From contig JBBCJC010000001.1 in NCBI GenBank assembly GCA_037189525.1, positions 800,001 through 864,000 of the forward strand: DNA of 64,000 bases, written 5' to 3'. This stretch comes from Gemmatimonadales bacterium (GTDB lineage: Bacteria > Gemmatimonadota > Gemmatimonadetes > Gemmatimonadales > GWC2-71-9). This document shows positions 27,572 through 36,934 of the stretch, piece by piece. The notes beneath the pieces are model-generated. The model was not told the origin of the DNA and searched no databases. It worked only from the letters and a program-made list of their open reading frames with translations. The translations under genes were made by a program, and so were the position numbers. Each line of letters opens with the position of its first letter. Position 1 is the stretch's first letter.

Positions 27572-28675
27572 GTGCGATGGATCGTCGGAGTCCTGATCGG
27601 GCTGCACGGCCTGATCCACCTGCTCGGCTTTGCCAAAGCCCTCGATCCGGGCGCGATCCCGACCCTGCCGCTGACCATCTCGCGGGGTATGGGATGGTGG
27701 TGGTTGCTCGCCGGCATCCTGTTGATCGGGACGGCGGTGATGTCGATGCTGAGGCTCCCCGGCTGGTGGCTGCTGGGCGGCGTTGCCCTGGTGCTGTCGC
27801 AGATCCTGATCGTGACAGTCTGGTCCGAGGCGTGGGCGGGCACCATCGGCAACGTGGTTCTGTTGGTTGCCGTACTGCTAGGCTGGTTTCTCTACGGCCC
27901 GGCGAGTTTCCGCCGAGTGATGGATCGCGACATCGCACCCCGCTTCAGCGCGGCAGCGACGGACGCGATCAGCCCAGCGGACCTGGCGGGATTGCCAGAG
28001 CCGGCCCGTCGGTTTCTCGCGGCCTCGGGCGTGATCGGCCAGCCCAGAGTGCGCAACTACCGGATTCGGTTCCGCGGCCGGATCAGGGGCACGCCCGACG
28101 CGCGGTGGATGCCGTTCACCGCCGACCAGCAGAGCTTTGCCTACCAACCGGCCAGATTCTTCCTGATGCACGCCCGGATGTTCGGGCTTCCGGTCGAGGC
28201 CTTCCATCGTTTCGCCGACGGCGAGGCCTCCATGCAGGTCAAGCTGCTGGGCGCCATCCCGCTCGTGCACGCCGCCGGCCGGGAGATGAACCGGATCGAA
28301 TCGGTGACGCTGCTCAACGACATGGTGTTGATGGCGCCAGCCACCCTGCTCGATCCGAGGGTGACCTGGGAAGCAATCGACGACGACCGCGTCCTGCTCC
28401 GGTTCGTCCACGGTCCCGATACCGTTTCGGCTACCCTCGTGATCGACGCCGGCGGCCAGCTGGTCGACTTCGTATCGGACGACCGCGCCCGGCTATCCGA
28501 GGACGGTAAGCGCTTCGAAGCGGCGCGGTTCTCCACGCCGATCCTGACCTATGGAACGTTCGGTCCCATGCAGCTGCCGAGTCTTGGGGAAGGCCGCTGG
28601 TCGCTTCCAGACGGCGGCAGCTTTGCCTACGGCGAGTTCGAAATCCTCTCGGTGGAGTACAACGTTCGGCCCTGA
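27572..28675 (+). CDS. DUF6544-like membrane-anchored protein
   Basis: HGLIHLLG N-terminal TM domain; DLAGLPEPARRFL, WMPFTADQ, APATLLDPRVTWEAID, FVSDDR. Confidence 0.75.
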   Translation: MRWIVGVLIGLHGLIHLLGFAKALDPGAIPTLPLTISRGMGWWWLLAGILLIGTAVMSMLRLPGWWLLGGVALVLSQILIVTVWSEAWAGTIGNVVLLVAVLLGWFLYGPASFRRVMDRDIAPRFSAAATDAISPADLAGLPEPARRFLAASGVIGQPRVRNYRIRFRGRIRGTPDARWMPFTADQQSFAYQPARFFLMHARMFGLPVEAFHRFADGEASMQVKLLGAIPLVHAAGREMNRIESVTLLNDMVLMAPATLLDPRVTWEAIDDDRVLLRFVHGPDTVSATLVIDAGGQLVDFVSDDRARLSEDGKRFEAARFSTPILTYGTFGPMQLPSLGEGRWSLPDGGSFAYGEFEILSVEYNVRP

Positions 28676-28853
28676 TTGCATCCACTGGATTGGGTGGATC
28701 AAGCGCCGGTAGACCATGTGCTCATGAGGACTGTCCTGAAAAGAAAATCACGCCAGGAGGTACCTCTCACTGGCGTGAAAACTTCCAAGGCTCCGCAGGA
28801 TGAATAAAGGAGTCGGCCTCGTCAGCACATGACCTTTTGCAGGCCCCCTACGT

Positions 28854-29306
28854 TTAGATGCTATCCCGCCGAGCAGGCTCGATACCCGACGCCGCCTGGA
28901 CTTTACTCAGCCGAAATCGAAGCTTGGCCACAATCCCCGGCGCGGTGTTCTTCTCGTGGACTTTGAACACGAGCCCTTCAGCATCCGTCTCGGTCTGCGT
29001 CGAAATAACGATAAAGTCTTCCCGCTTCGACCCGGCAAAGATTCCGAAGGCCGCCTTCTTCACCAACCCAGCGTCTTTCCGCTCAGTCGAATTGCTCACC
29101 TCAGTGATGGTCTGCACAGGAATCGAGAGCAACGCCTTTCCCTTTTTGTCGACCAGTTTGATATCCGATTCTCCGATGAGGAGGGTTCCTTTCTTCTGGT
29201 CCTCCATCCCGGCTTTCCCACCGATGTACTCGACGTTCGGGAACATGTCCTGGGCCGACGCCGGTGCCGAGATACCCAGAACCAGGATCAACAATGGGAG
29301 ACGCAT
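28854..29306 (-). CDS. Hypothetical secreted protein (lower GC)
   Basis: AGGAAGG RBS; signal peptide MRLPLLILVLGISAPASA-Q; Lys-rich beta-strand-like body. Confidence 0.7.
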   Translation of the reverse strand: MRLPLLILVLGISAPASAQDMFPNVEYIGGKAGMEDQKKGTLLIGESDIKLVDKKGKALLSIPVQTITEVSNSTERKDAGLVKKAAFGIFAGSKREDFIVISTQTETDAEGLVFKVHEKNTAPGIVAKLRFRLSKVQAASGIEPARRDSI

Positions 29307-29365
29307 GCAATGCTTCCTTCCTACGGGGTGATACCCAGTCAAACGGTTGAAAATGGCCTCGTCGA

Positions 29366-29405
29366 TACCATTGGAATGGCTACCATTAGAATGGCTACCA
29401 TTGGA
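29366..29405. repeat. 15-bp tandem repeat (about 2.7 copies) with internal palindromes
   Basis: TACCATTGGAATGGC TACCATTAGAATGGC TACCATTGGA; full units contain CCATT-NN-AATGG. Confidence 0.9.
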
Positions 29406-29445
29406 CTGTTGCAAGGGTCGGGCCTAACCGCGCCCTTTGTAGGCC

Positions 29446-29667
29446 ATGTCCAGCCCTCGAATCAAATTCGGCAGCGCAGTTCGGCGACTCAGGATCGCCC
29501 AAGGCTTTTCGCAGGAAGGATTTGCGGAGGCATGTCGATTTCACCGAACCTATATCGGAGCCATCGAACGCGGGGAGAAGAATGTCACGCTAGACAGCAT
29601 GGTTCGTATCGCTGACACTCTCCAGCTATCTGTTTTTGCCCTGTTTCGGGAGGCCGAGAAAGGCTAG
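29446..29667 (+). CDS. XRE/HTH_3 regulator resembling restriction-modification controller (C) proteins
   Basis: FGSAVRRLRIAQGFSQEGFA...HRTYIGAIERGEKNVTL; 73 aa; no obvious RBS. Confidence 0.88.
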   Translation: MSSPRIKFGSAVRRLRIAQGFSQEGFAEACRFHRTYIGAIERGEKNVTLDSMVRIADTLQLSVFALFREAEKG

Positions 29668-29690
29668 AGGGGACTCCAGCCGCAGGGTAC

Positions 29691-29719
29691 TTGACATTCC
29701 CGAACAAAAACCGAAGATT
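29691..29719 (+). promoter_or_regulatory. Sigma70 promoter overlapped by a LexA-like direct repeat
   Basis: TTGACA-N17-AAGATT with GAAC-N7-GAAG (29702-29716) in the spacer. Confidence 0.55.
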
Positions 29720-29750
29720 GGGCGAAGTTCCTGGCAATGGAAGCCCGATC

Positions 29751-29873
29751 ATGTCCGTCGAATTGTCGCCCAAGCCGACCGCGGTCCGCGTCTGCCCCGA
29801 ATGCGCCGGTCCGATCATGCACGGATCGGCCTGTGTCTCCTGTCTCCAGTGCGGCTGGGCCCGATGCGGTTAG
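29751..29873 (+). CDS. 40-aa Cys-rich zinc-ribbon mini-protein (NrdJ C-terminal-tail-like)
   Basis: MSVELSPKPTAVRVCPECAGPIMHGSACVSCLQCGWARCG; overlaps the start of the radical SAM gene. Confidence 0.6.
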   Translation: MSVELSPKPTAVRVCPECAGPIMHGSACVSCLQCGWARCG

Positions 29874-30898
29874 CCTCCGACCAGATCGGGCTCGAGCTGT
29901 CCACGGGCCGAGTACCGCTCCCGACCCTCGATCGGCGCCAGCGGGGTACCGACTTCATCGGGATGCAGATCACCCGGCTCGCCAACGCGCCGGAGTCGAC
30001 CGGGATGCCGTTCTGGTCGATCAACCCGTATATCGGCTGCGAGTTCGGCTGCAGCTACTGCTACGCGCGAGACACCCACCGATGGACCTCGGAACGCAAC
30101 GAGCTGACGCGCGAGCGGCTGCCATCTGAGGAGTTCGAGCGTCGCATCTTCGTCAAGCAGAACGCCGCGCTGATGCTGCAGCAGACCCTGGACCCGGCCA
30201 AGGTCGGGCACAGCCCGATCGCCATCGGGACGGCCACCGACCCCTACCAGCCCGCCGAGCGCCGGTTCGGCGTCACCCGGTCGATCCTGGAGGCCTTCCG
30301 CGGCTACCGTGGCCTGTCGATCCATATCACGACCAAGTCTCCGCTGGTGGCGCGCGATATCGACCTGCTGCTCGAGCTCGGCCGGCGCCATCGGATCTCG
30401 GTCAACATCTCGCTGATTTCCCTCGACGCCGAGCTGATCCGCCGTCTCGAACCGAAAACGCCGTTACCGCACGCCCGCTTGCGCGCCTTGCGAGCGCTGA
30501 CCGACGCCGGGATCAACGCGGGGCTGATGATCGCGCCGATCATCCCGGGGCTGACGGATGGCTGGGGAGCGCTTGGTGGACTGATGGCGGCGGCGAAGGA
30601 GGCCGGAGCGTGTTTTGCCGACGGGTCTGCGCTCAGACTCGGCCCGGTGGCGCGTTCCGGTTTTCTTCCCGCCCTGGAACGCGAGTTTCCCAAACTGCTC
30701 GATCGGTATCGTCGCCGGTACGCGCGCCGGCACGATGCCGGTCGAGACTATCTCGAAGCGCTAGCCAAGCGGCTCCGCACCCTGCAGCGGATTCACGGCT
30801 TCCCGGAGAACTTCAGTCACCGGTCGACCCAACCGCGACCGCTCTTCGAACAACGCCGCGCTCTGACCGCGCAGCCGAATCTCACCCTGGTACCGTGA
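29864..30898 (+). CDS. Radical SAM protein, spore photoproduct lyase-like (Rv2578c-type)
   Basis: INPYIGCEFGCSYCYAR (CxxxCxxC), IGTATDPYQPAE, ITTKSPLVARDIDLL, APIIPGLTD. Confidence 0.9.
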   Translation: MRLASDQIGLELSTGRVPLPTLDRRQRGTDFIGMQITRLANAPESTGMPFWSINPYIGCEFGCSYCYARDTHRWTSERNELTRERLPSEEFERRIFVKQNAALMLQQTLDPAKVGHSPIAIGTATDPYQPAERRFGVTRSILEAFRGYRGLSIHITTKSPLVARDIDLLLELGRRHRISVNISLISLDAELIRRLEPKTPLPHARLRALRALTDAGINAGLMIAPIIPGLTDGWGALGGLMAAAKEAGACFADGSALRLGPVARSGFLPALEREFPKLLDRYRRRYARRHDAGRDYLEALAKRLRTLQRIHGFPENFSHRSTQPRPLFEQRRALTAQPNLTLVP

Positions 30899-30965
30899 CT
30901 GCGGAGCAACAGCCACAGCGATCGGGGTGAAGTAGTTCGAGCAATCCCCCGTCGCGGCCGAGTTG

Positions 30966-31934
30966 CTACCAGACCAGCACGATCTTGCCGAATACTTCGT
31001 TCGCTTCCATAGCCGCGTGCGCCTCGGCAATAGCGGTCATCGGATAGACAGCACCGACGATCGGCCGGAGCCGCCCCGCCGCGATCTCCGGCACTACTCG
31101 CGCAACGAATTCGCTGACCAACGCCACCCGTTCGTCACGGGCCCGGGATCGCATCACCGTGCCGATCACCTCGAGCCGGCCACGGAGAACCCGGCCCAGG
31201 TCCACCCGCTCCGCCAGGGCGCCCTGCATGGTGCCAAGCAACACCAGCCGCCCGCGAAGCGCGAGGGCGGCCAGGTTATCGGCCAGGGCGCCGCCGCCGA
31301 AGAAATCGAGAATCAGATCGACCGGCGCATCCAGCTGCTCTCGAAAGCTGCGGACCGACGTGTCGATGCCAAAATCGAGGCCGAGTGCTCGGGCGCGGAC
31401 CAGCTTGTCGGCGGTCCGCGAAGTGCCGAGAACGGTTGCGCCAAGCCATCGGGCCAGCTGCACCGCCGCGGTTCCCACGCCGCTTCCAACGGCGTGGATC
31501 AGGACGCGCTCCCCGGGTGCCACTCGCCCGCGCGTAACCAGCGCATCGAACGCCGTGAGGAATGCCTCCGGTACGGCCGCCGCCTCGACCTCACCGAGTG
31601 CGTCGGGAATCGGAATGGCCTCCCGCTCGTGGACGACGACGTACTCTGCCTGCGCTCCGCCTCCGACCAACCCCATGACGCGCGCACCGGGCTGCAGCCG
31701 GTCGGCGCCAGGTCCGCAGGACTCGACGACTCCGGCGTATTCCAGTCCGGGGATGTCCGGTGGCCAGCCCGGCGGCGCCGGGTAGTGCCCGAGGCGCTGG
31801 ACCACGTCGGCTCGATTGAGTCCCGCAGCGATGACCCTGATCAGGATCTCGCCCGGACCCGGCTCCGGTCGCGGCGCGTCGTCGATGGCGAGCACCTCGC
31901 GACCACCGGCGCCCCGGTACCGCACCACCCGCAT
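30966..31934 (-). CDS. NAD(P)H-quinone oxidoreductase (MDR family)
   Basis: AAGLNRADVVQRLGHYPAPPG, PGLEYAG, HAVGSGVGTAAVQLA, FGKIVL. Confidence 0.92.
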   Translation of the reverse strand: MRVVRYRGAGGREVLAIDDAPRPEPGPGEILIRVIAAGLNRADVVQRLGHYPAPPGWPPDIPGLEYAGVVESCGPGADRLQPGARVMGLVGGGAQAEYVVVHEREAIPIPDALGEVEAAAVPEAFLTAFDALVTRGRVAPGERVLIHAVGSGVGTAAVQLARWLGATVLGTSRTADKLVRARALGLDFGIDTSVRSFREQLDAPVDLILDFFGGGALADNLAALALRGRLVLLGTMQGALAERVDLGRVLRGRLEVIGTVMRSRARDERVALVSEFVARVVPEIAAGRLRPIVGAVYPMTAIAEAHAAMEANEVFGKIVLVW

Positions 31935-32035
31935 CGTCTCAGGTGTCAAACCAGCCATACCACTCGTCTCCCTTCAGATACCCTTCAACGCCGGAACTGC
32001 TCCGGCGCCGCTTCAGCCACGGGGTTGGACACTGC

Positions 32036-33196
32036 ATGAGATTACCTGGAATCGTCTGCGTCAGCCTGCTCGCCGTCAACCTGGCCGCATGTACCGATAG
32101 CAACGGTCCCGACGACGATCCGCCCGATCCCGGGACAGGCCTGGGCCTCGAGGACGTGGGAAACTTCAGCTTCCCCATCCTGCTCACGGCACCCCGCGAC
32201 GACGCCCGGCTCTTCGTGGTCCAGAAAGGCGGCGCCATCCGCATCGTCAAAGACGGGGCGACGCTGCCCACCCCGTTCCTCAACCTGGCCGGTCGCATCT
32301 CCACCGGCGGCGAACAGGGCCTGCTCGGCCTGGCGTTCCACCCGGCCTATCAGACCACTGGCCTCTTCGTCGTCAACTATACCGGCACCAATGGCGACAC
32401 CCGAATCTCCCTCTTTCGGGTGGGGTCGAATCCCGATGTGGCCGATCCCGGCAGCGAGCAGGTGATTCTCGAGGTGCCGCAACCGTTCTCGAACCACAAC
32501 GGGGGGATGCTCGCGTTTGGTCCGCACGATTCGAATCTCTATATCGGGTTGGGCGACGGCGGGTCCGGCGGCGACCCGCAGAATCATGCGCAGCGGCGCA
32601 ACAGCCTGCTCGGCAAGATGCTCCGGCTCAGGATCACCGGAAGCGGCCAGGTGGTGATTCCGCCCGACAACCCGTTCACCTCGGACACCGACGCCCGCGA
32701 CGAGATCTGGAGTCTGGGTCTGCGAAACCCCTGGCGCTTCAGTTTCGATCGGCAAACCGGCAACCTCTACATCGCCGACGTCGGACAGGATGCGCGCGAG
32801 GAAATCAACGTCACCAGCGGCTCCGCCAGCCGAGGCGCCAACTATGGCTGGAAGATCATGGAAGGCGGGAGTTGCTATCAGGCGTCCAGCTGCAATCAGA
32901 CGGGGCTCACCCTTCCCGTCCTGGAATACCCCCGGTCCGACGGCTGTTCGGTCACGGGCGGCTTCGTGTATCGGGGCACCCGGATCCCGAACCTGGCCGG
33001 AACGTACTTTTATGGTGACTACTGCCGCGGCTGGGTGCGCAGCTTCCGTTGGAACGGAAACGCCGTCACCGATCAGCAGGAATGGGCCACGCTGAACCCG
33101 GGCAGTCAGCTGGTCAGCTTCGGCGAGGATGCGGCGGGAGAGTTGTACGTGCTTGGTCAGAACGGGCGCGTCGCGCGGATCGTCTCGGCGCCGTGA
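32036..33196 (+). CDS. PQQ-dependent glucose/sorbosone dehydrogenase family lipoprotein
   Basis: Lipobox LAAC, EQGLLGLAFHP, NHNGG, GDGGSGGDP, GLRNPWRFSFD, SFGEDAAGELY. Confidence 0.92.
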   Translation: MRLPGIVCVSLLAVNLAACTDSNGPDDDPPDPGTGLGLEDVGNFSFPILLTAPRDDARLFVVQKGGAIRIVKDGATLPTPFLNLAGRISTGGEQGLLGLAFHPAYQTTGLFVVNYTGTNGDTRISLFRVGSNPDVADPGSEQVILEVPQPFSNHNGGMLAFGPHDSNLYIGLGDGGSGGDPQNHAQRRNSLLGKMLRLRITGSGQVVIPPDNPFTSDTDARDEIWSLGLRNPWRFSFDRQTGNLYIADVGQDAREEINVTSGSASRGANYGWKIMEGGSCYQASSCNQTGLTLPVLEYPRSDGCSVTGGFVYRGTRIPNLAGTYFYGDYCRGWVRSFRWNGNAVTDQQEWATLNPGSQLVSFGEDAAGELYVLGQNGRVARIVSAP

Positions 33197-33205
33197 GCGC
33201 CGGCG

Positions 33206-33553
33206 TCAGGTCAGCGGTCGGGCGCGTCGCCGGCGAGGAGTCGAACCGGAGCGGCGGCTGAAGGAGCGCACCGCCTGGTGGGCAGCGAGCGCAAGCTTCG
33301 GCAGCTCCGCTGCATGACTGGAAGCCAGGTCCACCGCAACCCATCCCAAAGCAGCCGGTACCACCGCTCCGATTGCTGCGTGCCCACGCTCCACCTCGGC
33401 GCGAGCAACCGGAACCGGCAGTCGGAGCCAGATCGTGGTCTCGCCGAGCAGGGCGAACATCCGCCCTGCGGTAAAGAAGCCATCGCGCACGCCCATCCGC
33501 CGCATCGCAACGTGGGGCAGCGCTCGCAATTGATCTCGAATCGGACTGGACAT
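33206..33553 (-). CDS. Hypothetical protein, TfoX/MmcQ-like fold possible
   Basis: LPHVAMRRMG...GRMFALL...GWVAV pattern and a basic C-terminal tail; fits the gap between neighbouring genes. Confidence 0.55.
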   Translation of the reverse strand: MSSPIRDQLRALPHVAMRRMGVRDGFFTAGRMFALLGETTIWLRLPVPVARAEVERGHAAIGAVVPAALGWVAVDLASSHAAELPKLALAAHQAVRSFSRRSGSTPRRRRARPLT

Positions 33554-33614
33554 CGGGAGATTGTACCTCCCGATTCCGACTCCCGCTACACGAGCCGGGA
33601 AATCGTTACCTGGG

Positions 33615-35084
33615 TCAGGCGACTCGCCGCATGGCGAAGACACCATTGAGGAAGTGGCTGGCTTTGCCTCCCTCGCTGCCCCAGAATGCGACATCCCAGC
33701 CGCGATTTCCGCCCATTGCTGGATCGACGGGGAGGAAGCGATCGTCGCCCATCGGGATGATCTCGGAGACCATGTTCGGCTGATCGCTGCCGCGCCCGAA
33801 CACCCGCGCCACCAAGCGGCCGCTCTCATCGGTAAAGGTCACGCGATTACCCCACGCTTCGAACCGGCCCACATAGCGCTGCAGGTCGACCGGAACCCGT
33901 TTGACCGTCTCCGCCGTCGGCAGCTTCGGCTTGGCAATCCCGAACATCTCGCCCAGTACGGCGTCGAAAACCCGATCGGCCAGCGGGTAGCCCTGGTTCG
34001 GCACGTTGGCGATCGTGGCAATGGCCATCCGCTTGGCGGGCGACCAGAGCAGCACCGAGGAACCGCCGCTGCTGGTGCCGCTGTGCCCGAACAGTTCCAC
34101 CCCGCCCCACTCCTTCCAATACGGCCCGCAGCACCAGCGCTGCGCAATCAGCTTGGCGGGCAGAGTCGCCACCGGCGTATGCATGGTGCGCACGGCCGCC
34201 GACGAGAGCACTCGGGTGCCGGATGTCGCCACGCCATCGTTCATGAACATGCGGGCAAAGCGGACCAGGTCGCCGGCGCTGGTGCAGAGCGTGCCGCCGG
34301 CGGGCGCCATGGAGCGCGGCAGCCCCCAGGCGCGGACCCGGGTGTAGTCGCCGCCCTGACCGGCGCGATAACCGAGTGCGACCGGGTGGAACAGCAACTC
34401 CTCGGCAAAGGTGGCTGCCTGCGTTAATCCAGTCGGCCGCAAGACCCGCTCGGCGAGCAGCGTTTCCCAGTTGCGGCCGCCCACGAGTTGCGCAGCAAGG
34501 CCGGCCACGTTGCTGCCGGCATTGGCGTAGCCGTACCCCGTGCCCGGCTGGTACACCAGTGGAATAGACGACAGAGCGGCGACGTACCGGACCACCGCGT
34601 CATCGCCCCGACCGTAGTCCTGGTAGGGTCCGTTGTCGAGACCGGAGCTCATCGACAGGAGCTGGCGCAGCGTGATCCTGGCGGCGGCACCGGACTCCGG
34701 CACCCGGAAGTCCGGAATCGCCGCCGTGATCGGCGCATCGAGGTCGAGTTTGCCTTCGTCCACCAGGCTCATCACCACCGCGGCATTGAACACCTTGGTG
34801 GTCGAACCGATCTGAAACAGCGTATCGGTGGTGACGGGAAGATTGCGTTCGCGATTGGCGAGCCCGGTGGCAAACTCGTGGACGGTCTGTCCGTCGAACA
34901 CCGCGAACTGCGCCCCGACGATGCCCAGCGAGCGGGCCGTCTCGTCGAGCAGCGCCTGCAACCGCTTGGGATCCAACGAACGCCCGCCCGATGCGAGGGT
35001 GAGCCCGGAGGCGCTCAGGTTCGGCGCCCCGACGATTCCGGCCACGGCGGTCGCCGACGTCAGCATGAAATGGCGTCTGTCCAT
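33615..35084 (-). CDS. Tat-exported serine hydrolase (beta-lactamase/AmpC-like family)
   Basis: MDRRHF twin-arginine signal, FQIGSTTK (SxxK), YAN, GHSG. Confidence 0.9.
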   Translation of the reverse strand: MDRRHFMLTSATAVAGIVGAPNLSASGLTLASGGRSLDPKRLQALLDETARSLGIVGAQFAVFDGQTVHEFATGLANRERNLPVTTDTLFQIGSTTKVFNAAVVMSLVDEGKLDLDAPITAAIPDFRVPESGAAARITLRQLLSMSSGLDNGPYQDYGRGDDAVVRYVAALSSIPLVYQPGTGYGYANAGSNVAGLAAQLVGGRNWETLLAERVLRPTGLTQAATFAEELLFHPVALGYRAGQGGDYTRVRAWGLPRSMAPAGGTLCTSAGDLVRFARMFMNDGVATSGTRVLSSAAVRTMHTPVATLPAKLIAQRWCCGPYWKEWGGVELFGHSGTSSGGSSVLLWSPAKRMAIATIANVPNQGYPLADRVFDAVLGEMFGIAKPKLPTAETVKRVPVDLQRYVGRFEAWGNRVTFTDESGRLVARVFGRGSDQPNMVSEIIPMGDDRFLPVDPAMGGNRGWDVAFWGSEGGKASHFLNGVFAMRRVA

Positions 35085-35102
35085 CAGATCCTCCGGGAGG
35101 AG

Positions 35103-36311
35103 TTATCGAATCAGGGCAACGGGGTCGTACCCGGCGGTCGCAGTAATCCGCGCTACGGTGTCGCCGATCTTGTTGTTGGGCGTCGAGGCGCCGGCCGTGA
35201 GCCCGATCCGGCGGGCGGCACCCAACCAACCGGCATCGACGATTTCCGCCTTGGCGCCCACCGGCTGGTGGCGAATCGTCCCGGCCTCGGGGTCGATGCA
35301 ATCGGCGTCTTCGATGTGGTAGGTCCGCACGCCGCGCCGATGACAGAGGGCGGCCAGATGGCAGGTATTACTCGAGTTGTATCCCCCGACGACGACCATC
35401 AGGTCGAGCGGCTCTTCGAGCAACTGGACCACCGCGTCCTGACGCTCCTGGGTCGCGGAACAGATGGTGTCGAAGGTTCGAACGTGGTCGGCCTCGTGTT
35501 CCGCACCATAACGCCGGATCATGGCCTGGCGGAAACGCTCGGCAATGGCCAGCGATTCCTTCGACAGCATGGTCGTCTGATTGGCAATGCCGACCCGGAT
35601 CAGATCGCGGGAAAAGTCGAATCCCTCGGACACCCGAGATGCGTAGCGAGCGCGAATCGGCTCCACCTCGCCGCCTTCTTCGATGAACCGGCAGACCTCA
35701 TCGGCCTCGGCCATGTCGAAGACGACCAGGTACCGGCCTTCGATAAACTTGGTTACCTGGCTGGCGGTCGCCTTGGTTTCTTCGTGCCAGTGCTTGCCGT
35801 GAATCACCGCGGTGTACCCGTCGCGGGCGTACTTCTCGACCCGTTTCCAGACGTTGAGCACCGAGCCGCAGGTGGTGTCGACCAGCACGCAGCCGATGCC
35901 GCGCAGCGTGGTGAAATCCTGCACCGTGACACCGAAGGCCGGCAGAATGACGACGTCATCGGGCGTGACCGATGAGAAATCGAAAGCGCCGTGGTCATCG
36001 CGCAGGATGAAGCGGATCCCCATGTCCTCGAGCTTCCGATTGACGTGAGGATTGTGAATGATCTCGCCGACCAGGATCAGCTGGCGGTCGGGAAACTTGG
36101 CTCGCGTCTCGTACGCGTACTCGACAGCCCGATCGACACCATAGCAGAAGCCGAACTCGCGGGCCAGCCGGAACTCCAGATCGCCGAGCCGAACGCGGTA
36201 GTCGTTGGCTTTGAACGACTCGATCAGCGCGCTGTGGTAATCGGCCGTGAGCACATGTTCGATGGCGCCCTTGAGACCGAACCCTTTTCGGTAGTAAGTC
36301 GTGTCAGTCAT
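35103..36311 (-). CDS. ispH: 4-hydroxy-3-methylbut-2-enyl diphosphate reductase
   Basis: FGFCYGVDRAV, EIIHNP, VDTTCG, NQTTM, DTICSATQERQ, GGYNSSNT, GLTAGASTP. Confidence 0.96.
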   Translation of the reverse strand: MTDTTYYRKGFGLKGAIEHVLTADYHSALIESFKANDYRVRLGDLEFRLAREFGFCYGVDRAVEYAYETRAKFPDRQLILVGEIIHNPHVNRKLEDMGIRFILRDDHGAFDFSSVTPDDVVILPAFGVTVQDFTTLRGIGCVLVDTTCGSVLNVWKRVEKYARDGYTAVIHGKHWHEETKATASQVTKFIEGRYLVVFDMAEADEVCRFIEEGGEVEPIRARYASRVSEGFDFSRDLIRVGIANQTTMLSKESLAIAERFRQAMIRRYGAEHEADHVRTFDTICSATQERQDAVVQLLEEPLDLMVVVGGYNSSNTCHLAALCHRRGVRTYHIEDADCIDPEAGTIRHQPVGAKAEIVDAGWLGAARRIGLTAGASTPNNKIGDTVARITATAGYDPVALIR

Positions 36312-36834
36312 CCGAACTCGCTTTCGGACGGAACACCCGGCCGCACCCTTCGGGCGCCGGCAGGATCGGAACGTCCGTGAAGGTGCCGGAAAGGCGCAAC
36401 GTATCGAATCCCTCGCTCTGCTTGAGACGGAACTCCAGGGTTCCCGAAATGCCGGCGGGTGTCACCGTGGTCACGTTGACGGCTCCCCCGGTTGCTTCGT
36501 AGCCGCGGAGCGCGGTATCTGAAATCCATCGCAAGGCACCAAAGGCCAACGGGCGCCAGCTGACCGGGATCGACCCCGACACAATGGGGTGTTGAGCCGG
36601 GGCCAGGGTATCGACCGGCAGAACGGTAAAGCCGACGCCGAAATCGTTCTTGATCGCCAGCACCTCGAGCAGCGAGTCGGCCGCGCACCACAGCCCCTCG
36701 GCACGGGCCGTATTGCTCCCTTGCGTCACCCCGTCCCATTCGACGGAAACGACACCGCTGCCCCGTTCGATCGGCGGGACCGGTTTGACGCACGCCCCGG
36801 CCATCACGGCCAGGCCCAGAAACCAGTGACGCAT
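36304..36834 (-). CDS. Hypothetical lipoprotein
   Basis: Signal ending MAGA-C; overlaps the ispH start. Confidence 0.65.
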   Translation of the reverse strand: MRHWFLGLAVMAGACVKPVPPIERGSGVVSVEWDGVTQGSNTARAEGLWCAADSLLEVLAIKNDFGVGFTVLPVDTLAPAQHPIVSGSIPVSWRPLAFGALRWISDTALRGYEATGGAVNVTTVTPAGISGTLEFRLKQSEGFDTLRLSGTFTDVPILPAPEGCGRVFRPKASSDD

Positions 36835-36934
36835 ACGCAAGGGAAGCTAGGCCAATCGGACCCTAAAGGCGACCGCCCGGATCGAGCTGGATCCGGGCGG
36901 TAGATGGACTTCGAGGACCTTACTGCCAGCGGGT

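Noticed and set aside
28680..28836. Retron msr-msd or integron attC site
   Set aside because: There is no reverse transcriptase or integrase in the window and no clear RYYYAAC/GTTRRRY ends. Kept only as an unexplained structure.
29366..29405. Repeats as a mini CRISPR array or as coding SNGSH repeats
   Set aside because: Units are directly adjacent with no spacers and no cas genes. The secreted protein has a better start (RBS plus signal peptide) at 29306, leaving the repeats intergenic.
29446..29667. Restriction-modification system implied by the C-like protein
   Set aside because: No methyltransferase or endonuclease motifs occur in the flanking genes.
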